A stretch of 64,000 bases of DNA from an uncultured Verrucomicrobiae bacterium (GTDB lineage: Bacteria > Verrucomicrobiota > Verrucomicrobiia > Chthoniobacterales > Chthoniobacteraceae). The translations under genes were made by a program, and so were the position numbers. The stretch lies in assembly GCA_963836755.1 (NCBI GenBank), contig CAWIKF010000002.1, positions 1,600,001-1,664,000 of the forward strand. Reading direction: 5' to 3'. Under the pieces are notes generated by a model. That model was given only the letters and a program-made list of their open reading frames with translations, was not told where the DNA came from and searched no databases. Of the stretch, positions 59,976 through 64,000 are shown piece after piece (positions within the stretch are counted from its first letter, which is position 1; every line of letters begins with the position of its first letter).

Positions 59976-62900
59976 CTAGTGCTTTGGAACGTGGACAGTG
60001 GCTGGGGGCGAGATGCCCCCTGCATTGACTGCTGTGACCTGATAGGAATAATCCGCATCTTCGTTCAATCCTTTCACCTTGGCATTTTTGTCAGTGTTGC
60101 CCTTGTCAGTGTAAGTGGTCTCAACGAGCGCCGTCAAAAAGTTCTCGGGCCATTTGAACGAAATGTCAGATCCTGTGGACCGGTAGATGACGTAGCCAGC
60201 TGCTCCCGGAACGGGAGACCAACTAATGGTGATTACGTTTCCATTTCTGGTCTTTGCCCAGTGCCCTGAGAGGGAGGCGGGCGCAGCAGTGGGCGCGTCC
60301 GGTAATGGAACGGCAGTGACTGCTGCCGAAGGCGAGCTCGACCCGCTGGCGTTGTTCGCAGTGAGATAGTAGCTGTAAATCCTGCCGTCTGTTGGAGAGC
60401 TATCGGTATAGCTACTGCCAGTAACCGCGTCACTGAGAAGAATCGTTCCTATTGGGTAGTCACCCCCGACGCCATCTTTATGAAGCGTAGTGCGCCAGAC
60501 AGAATAGTAGTTCGCTGCAGGTGAAGCGTTCCAACTCAAGGCTACAAGGTGATGCCCCGAGTTCGTAATTTTTACCGCTTCAGGAGCGAGTGGTGCGGCT
60601 GTCGGGTTTCCTGACGAAGGGCTCGCGCCGGCGCTCGCAGGAGAGTTAATGCTATGCCCGTTTGAGTTCACCGACTGCACGACGTAATGATATTCTGAGC
60701 CATTGGCCGCAGAAGTATCGGTGAAGGTCGCGATGCTAGGACCGCTACCGCACACGGGAGCAACATTTCCGGCGGCAATGGTAACATAGTCCGTGCCGGG
60801 GGATTTAGCGCGTAGAATATTATAGCTTGTCGCTCCTGGAACCAAGGGCCAGCAAACCAAAGCTTTGTTACTCCCCGCAAAAGTCCCCACACCTAACGGC
60901 GCAGGTGGAACGTAGCCCGAAAGCTCCAGCCTCAGGTAATCGACCATGAGATAGCACGTCATACTTTTGGCATTCATCTGGAGCGCAACAGTATTTGTGC
61001 CCGCGTGCAGCATCGTCGCCGGAAAGTTGATTCGCTCGTCAGAGAAGGGACCGTGATCGCCGAAGTGGATGCTGCTGTCATCGGAATATTGGGGCGGGGG
61101 ATCGAAGCCAGCAGCAGTGATCGCATTTGGAGCCGCGACCACGCCTTGCGCATCTCCAAGGTTAGCGCCGTTGACACTGACGATGGTATGGCCGCCGTCG
61201 TCCCCAGCGCAGGCGATATAAAGCGAGGCCTTTGCTCCATTTGCAGGCGCTTGTGCGAGATTGAAAGTAATCGTGCCAGTGCAAGGTAGATAAGCGCCGG
61301 TTGCATCGGCCCGTGCAGGCAGAACGTAATTCCAGTCCTTCGTCCACTGACTTTTGCCGACGGTGTAGTTCATGCCATCGGGGAAGTCCAAGGGGAACTC
61401 CATCTGCCCGCCCCAGACGGGTGTCGGATAACCCAACTTTGCGGGCGTGCCAGGGTTCCAGAAGTCCTCGCCGTGACGGAACTCACTCGACTTACGATCC
61501 GGATAACCTAGCTCAAAAACGGTCGCGCCGACACGAGTCGGTGTCCAAGTCACATCTCCCAAAGGCACCGTTTCGCCCGTCTTTACGGCGACGCTGAACG
61601 GCTTTGCGGGCAAGTTTAACTCCAAGGGCGGGTTACCGCCCGTTAGATTTTGCGAGATGAAAGTTCCAGCAACTCCGCCCCCATACCCCCAGAGTGTGTA
61701 GTTCTGGTCTGGTATCACGTTGGGAATAGTGAAGTTTCCATTCGCGTCCGTCTGCACCCAGAACTGATATGGTTTGAGCCACTTTTGAAAGTCATAGGCA
61801 TTCGTGTAGGTCGGAGGCTGCTTTTCGAGACCCACCCAGATTCCTGCGGCGGAGGCATTCGGATTCCCGCTGTCATTGATGATGAACTTTCCAGTGACTG
61901 TTCCCCGCTCCGAAGCCGGGACAAAGTCGGCGCTTTTAAACCATTTGTAAGGCCATGCTTTTTTCTCAGCGTCAGCTTGAGCCAATGCGTCGCGGTAAAG
62001 CATTTGTGCAGCCTGACTGGCGCCGGTGACGGTCGAAGAAACGTTGTTGAGATAGATGAACCATGGGCCGCAAGTCTTGCTCCAGACCTCACCTTTCGCG
62101 AAGCGCCCATCGGATCCCATGCCGAGTTCGCCGGTGAGGATGGAGTTATTTAGCTCGCTGTAGGGATAAACCGAAACGTCGCGCTTCATCGGACCGCCAT
62201 CGCTGAACTCCATCGTCGTCATCATCCAACGGCCGATGTTTTTGCCGCCGGGGCCGACGCTGCTCCAGCCCCACGCCCGCAGGTCCGCATGGTCCTGACC
62301 ATAAATGAATTTGTCGGCATAGGTGCCCGCTTGCGCTCCATCGAGATTTACCGTGATTTCGTGCGGTGAGTCTGGAACTTTGGCTCCTTTTTTGCTCGGA
62401 ACACCTATGAAGAAATTGCGCTTTGCGTCCGCGCTGAGCCAGTTGAAATCACCAGGAACGCGTGTGACCACGCCCCATGCGCCGACCTCGTCCGCAGGAG
62501 CCTTCGTCGCCGGATCATGATGGGCTTGCTCATCCTGAGCCCGGTGGGTCATCGTCGCGGTGGAGTAGAAGCCTGGCGAGCCACGGAGCATGGAGAAATG
62601 GATTTCCATGGTCCCGTTAGTCTCCGAAGTGCTCATCAGCTTCACGTCTCCATAGCTGCCCCCATTCGTGGACGGGTCCGTTCCCAGTGAGTAGTCAAAG
62701 GTTCCGCTGCCGAGGCTAAACCCACCATAGTAATACTGTCCCTTGCCGCTGAGTGTTTCCGCGGTTTTTGTAGTTCCCTCGCTCGTATAGGTATAGGTCA
62801 GCGAATTGAGGCGGCCGGTTTTTTTAACAATGACAATGGATGCAATGCCGTTTGCGAGGGTCACAGTGCCATCGTTATTGTCGGTCACCGTCACGTTCGG

Positions 62901-63101
62901 GCCACTTCCCGTGCCGCCGCCTGCGACATTTGAAAGCGCGTCACAGGTGACGAAGGCGAACCCGATGCTTATGATGACGCATCGCGTCAGAAGCTTCTTG
63001 ATCCAACTTTCGCCGCGACACAAAGCATCGACATAAAGAGGAGACGGTTTGTTGAAGTAAAAGTTCGCGGCGTGTTTTTTGAGGGGACAGAATTTTAGCA
63101 T
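59976..63101 (-). CDS. Rhamnogalacturonan lyase-like (PL4) protein with C-terminal fibronectin type III repeats
   Basis: GPWFIYLN, WPYKW, YQFWVQTDANGNFTIPNV, LGYPDRKSSEFRHG and DYLRLE motifs, then three Fn3-like modules. Start codon uncertain. Confidence 0.82.
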   Translation of the reverse strand: MLKFCPLKKHAANFYFNKPSPLYVDALCRGESWIKKLLTRCVIISIGFAFVTCDALSNVAGGGTGSGPNVTVTDNNDGTVTLANGIASIVIVKKTGRLNSLTYTYTSEGTTKTAETLSGKGQYYYGGFSLGSGTFDYSLGTDPSTNGGSYGDVKLMSTSETNGTMEIHFSMLRGSPGFYSTATMTHRAQDEQAHHDPATKAPADEVGAWGVVTRVPGDFNWLSADAKRNFFIGVPSKKGAKVPDSPHEITVNLDGAQAGTYADKFIYGQDHADLRAWGWSSVGPGGKNIGRWMMTTMEFSDGGPMKRDVSVYPYSELNNSILTGELGMGSDGRFAKGEVWSKTCGPWFIYLNNVSSTVTGASQAAQMLYRDALAQADAEKKAWPYKWFKSADFVPASERGTVTGKFIINDSGNPNASAAGIWVGLEKQPPTYTNAYDFQKWLKPYQFWVQTDANGNFTIPNVIPDQNYTLWGYGGGVAGTFISQNLTGGNPPLELNLPAKPFSVAVKTGETVPLGDVTWTPTRVGATVFELGYPDRKSSEFRHGEDFWNPGTPAKLGYPTPVWGGQMEFPLDFPDGMNYTVGKSQWTKDWNYVLPARADATGAYLPCTGTITFNLAQAPANGAKASLYIACAGDDGGHTIVSVNGANLGDAQGVVAAPNAITAAGFDPPPQYSDDSSIHFGDHGPFSDERINFPATMLHAGTNTVALQMNAKSMTCYLMVDYLRLELSGYVPPAPLGVGTFAGSNKALVCWPLVPGATSYNILRAKSPGTDYVTIAAGNVAPVCGSGPSIATFTDTSAANGSEYHYVVQSVNSNGHSINSPASAGASPSSGNPTAAPLAPEAVKITNSGHHLVALSWNASPAANYYSVWRTTLHKDGVGGDYPIGTILLSDAVTGSSYTDSSPTDGRIYSYYLTANNASGSSSPSAAVTAVPLPDAPTAAPASLSGHWAKTRNGNVITISWSPVPGAAGYVIYRSTGSDISFKWPENFLTALVETTYTDKGNTDKNAKVKGLNEDADYSYQVTAVNAGGISPPATVHVPKH

Positions 63102-63517
63102 CTTGAAGTTTTTTGTTGTTCCATCTAGGCGGTATTTCTTCCTCCCGTCAAATGCATTTCTCCATCAGCGGACGGAGCGCCGTCATTCGAGCTGCCGAAA
63201 ATCCGATTGGTTCCGGCTACGCCGTCAACGTAGGCAGCTGCGATTTCGCTCGTCATCCGACCTTTCTAAGCCGCGCTCTATCAATGCCTCCTAGCTCCTA
63301 CTTTATTGAGTGATGTCGACGGAGAGTGTGCGGCCCGGATGTATACCACACCGACGTCCGGGTGTAGTGACTGAACCAATCCAACGTGAGCCTTTGACTC
63401 CATTTCGCATATTGAGATCGTGGTAGGTGGTGAGATAGTCTTGCAAATAGGAGCAAAACCTAAGAAAGAGTGGGCTCCGCAACGCCAGGATCGTCCATGA
63501 CCACTCCGCAATTACTA

Positions 63518-64000
63518 ATGGAAAAACACGTTCCCCTCAAAATCTGCATCTTCTTACTTTTCCCTTTCCTTGCTTTCGCACAGGCCGAGGAAAATTCTCT
63601 CCGTCACACGGAACTACTCAATGGCTCACGCTGGCAATTTATTGGCGCGGGAGCCGCAGACGCATTGCCTGAAATAGGATCGCCTGCTTTTAAGCAGGCC
63701 GCATGGAAAGATGTGAGCATCCCTCACATTTTTCAAACACGCGCCGCTTATGATACTTTGACCAAAGGCTGGTATCGCCGCCGGTTGACGATCGATCCTT
63801 CGGCGAAGGGAGAGGAGCTCTACCTTGTCTTTGAAGGTGCGGCCAGCATTGCCGATGTCTATGTCAATGGCCAGCATCTCGGCCAGCATCGCGGCGCTTA
63901 TACTCGATTCATTTTCGATGCGACTCAGGCGGTCCATTCCGGCTCGGACAATGAACTGGCTATTCGCGTGGATGACACTCCGGACAACACCCTGGACTGT
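63518..64000 (+). CDS. GH2 glycoside hydrolase, N-terminal sugar-binding domain (runs off window end)
   Basis: Translated by eye: signal peptide MEKHVPLKICIFLLFPFLAFAQA, then WKDVSIPH, GWYRR and LVFEGAASIADVYVNGQHLGQHRGAYTRF. Confidence 0.88.
   Translation, partial: MEKHVPLKICIFLLFPFLAFAQAEENSLRHTELLNGSRWQFIGAGAADALPEIGSPAFKQAAWKDVSIPHIFQTRAAYDTLTKGWYRRRLTIDPSAKGEELYLVFEGAASIADVYVNGQHLGQHRGAYTRFIFDATQAVHSGSDNELAIRVDDTPDNTLDC

Noticed and set aside
63102..63496. Possible ncRNA in the divergent PL4/GH2 spacer (hairpins near 63190-63239 and 63334-63362)
   Set aside because: The stems are short and imperfect with no recognisable family. The spacer is adequately explained as divergent promoters.
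1..64000. CRISPR array, rRNA, transposase, integrase or phage genes
   Set aside because: No regularly spaced direct repeats and no ORFs with such motifs were seen.

Overview
Bacterial chromosomal window, most consistent with Verrucomicrobiota (Chthoniobacterales-like). This is an inference from gene content such as dapL, the single-subunit glyQS and an H-X9-DG prepilin-type protein. Bases ~1-46,300 are a GC-rich core region. It carries a LOG-family gene, an uncharacterised gene pair behind a sigma54-like promoter, tRNA-Gly(TCC), an EPS export trio (OM barrel, wzc, wza), a GT4-fusion/GH130 pair, an MGDG-synthase-like GT with a GH1, a frameshifted class A PBP, lptF/G, pepA, serA, mutL, glyQS, dnaB, rplI, dapL, a UvrD/Rep helicase, ychF, an L,D-transpeptidase, an HtrA-like protease with a pseudoprotease partner, rdgB and hisAH. 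From ~46,350 to the end lies a less GC-rich CAZyme cluster (GH35, MFS, three GH92, cupin, DUF1080 fusion, PL4-like lyase, GH2). The strongest novelty candidate is an unannotated 39-aa lipoprotein ending in Tyr-Ser-Lys, encoded directly downstream of the L,D-transpeptidase, which may be a minimal analogue of Braun's lipoprotein. No CRISPR array, rRNA, integrase or transposase was seen.
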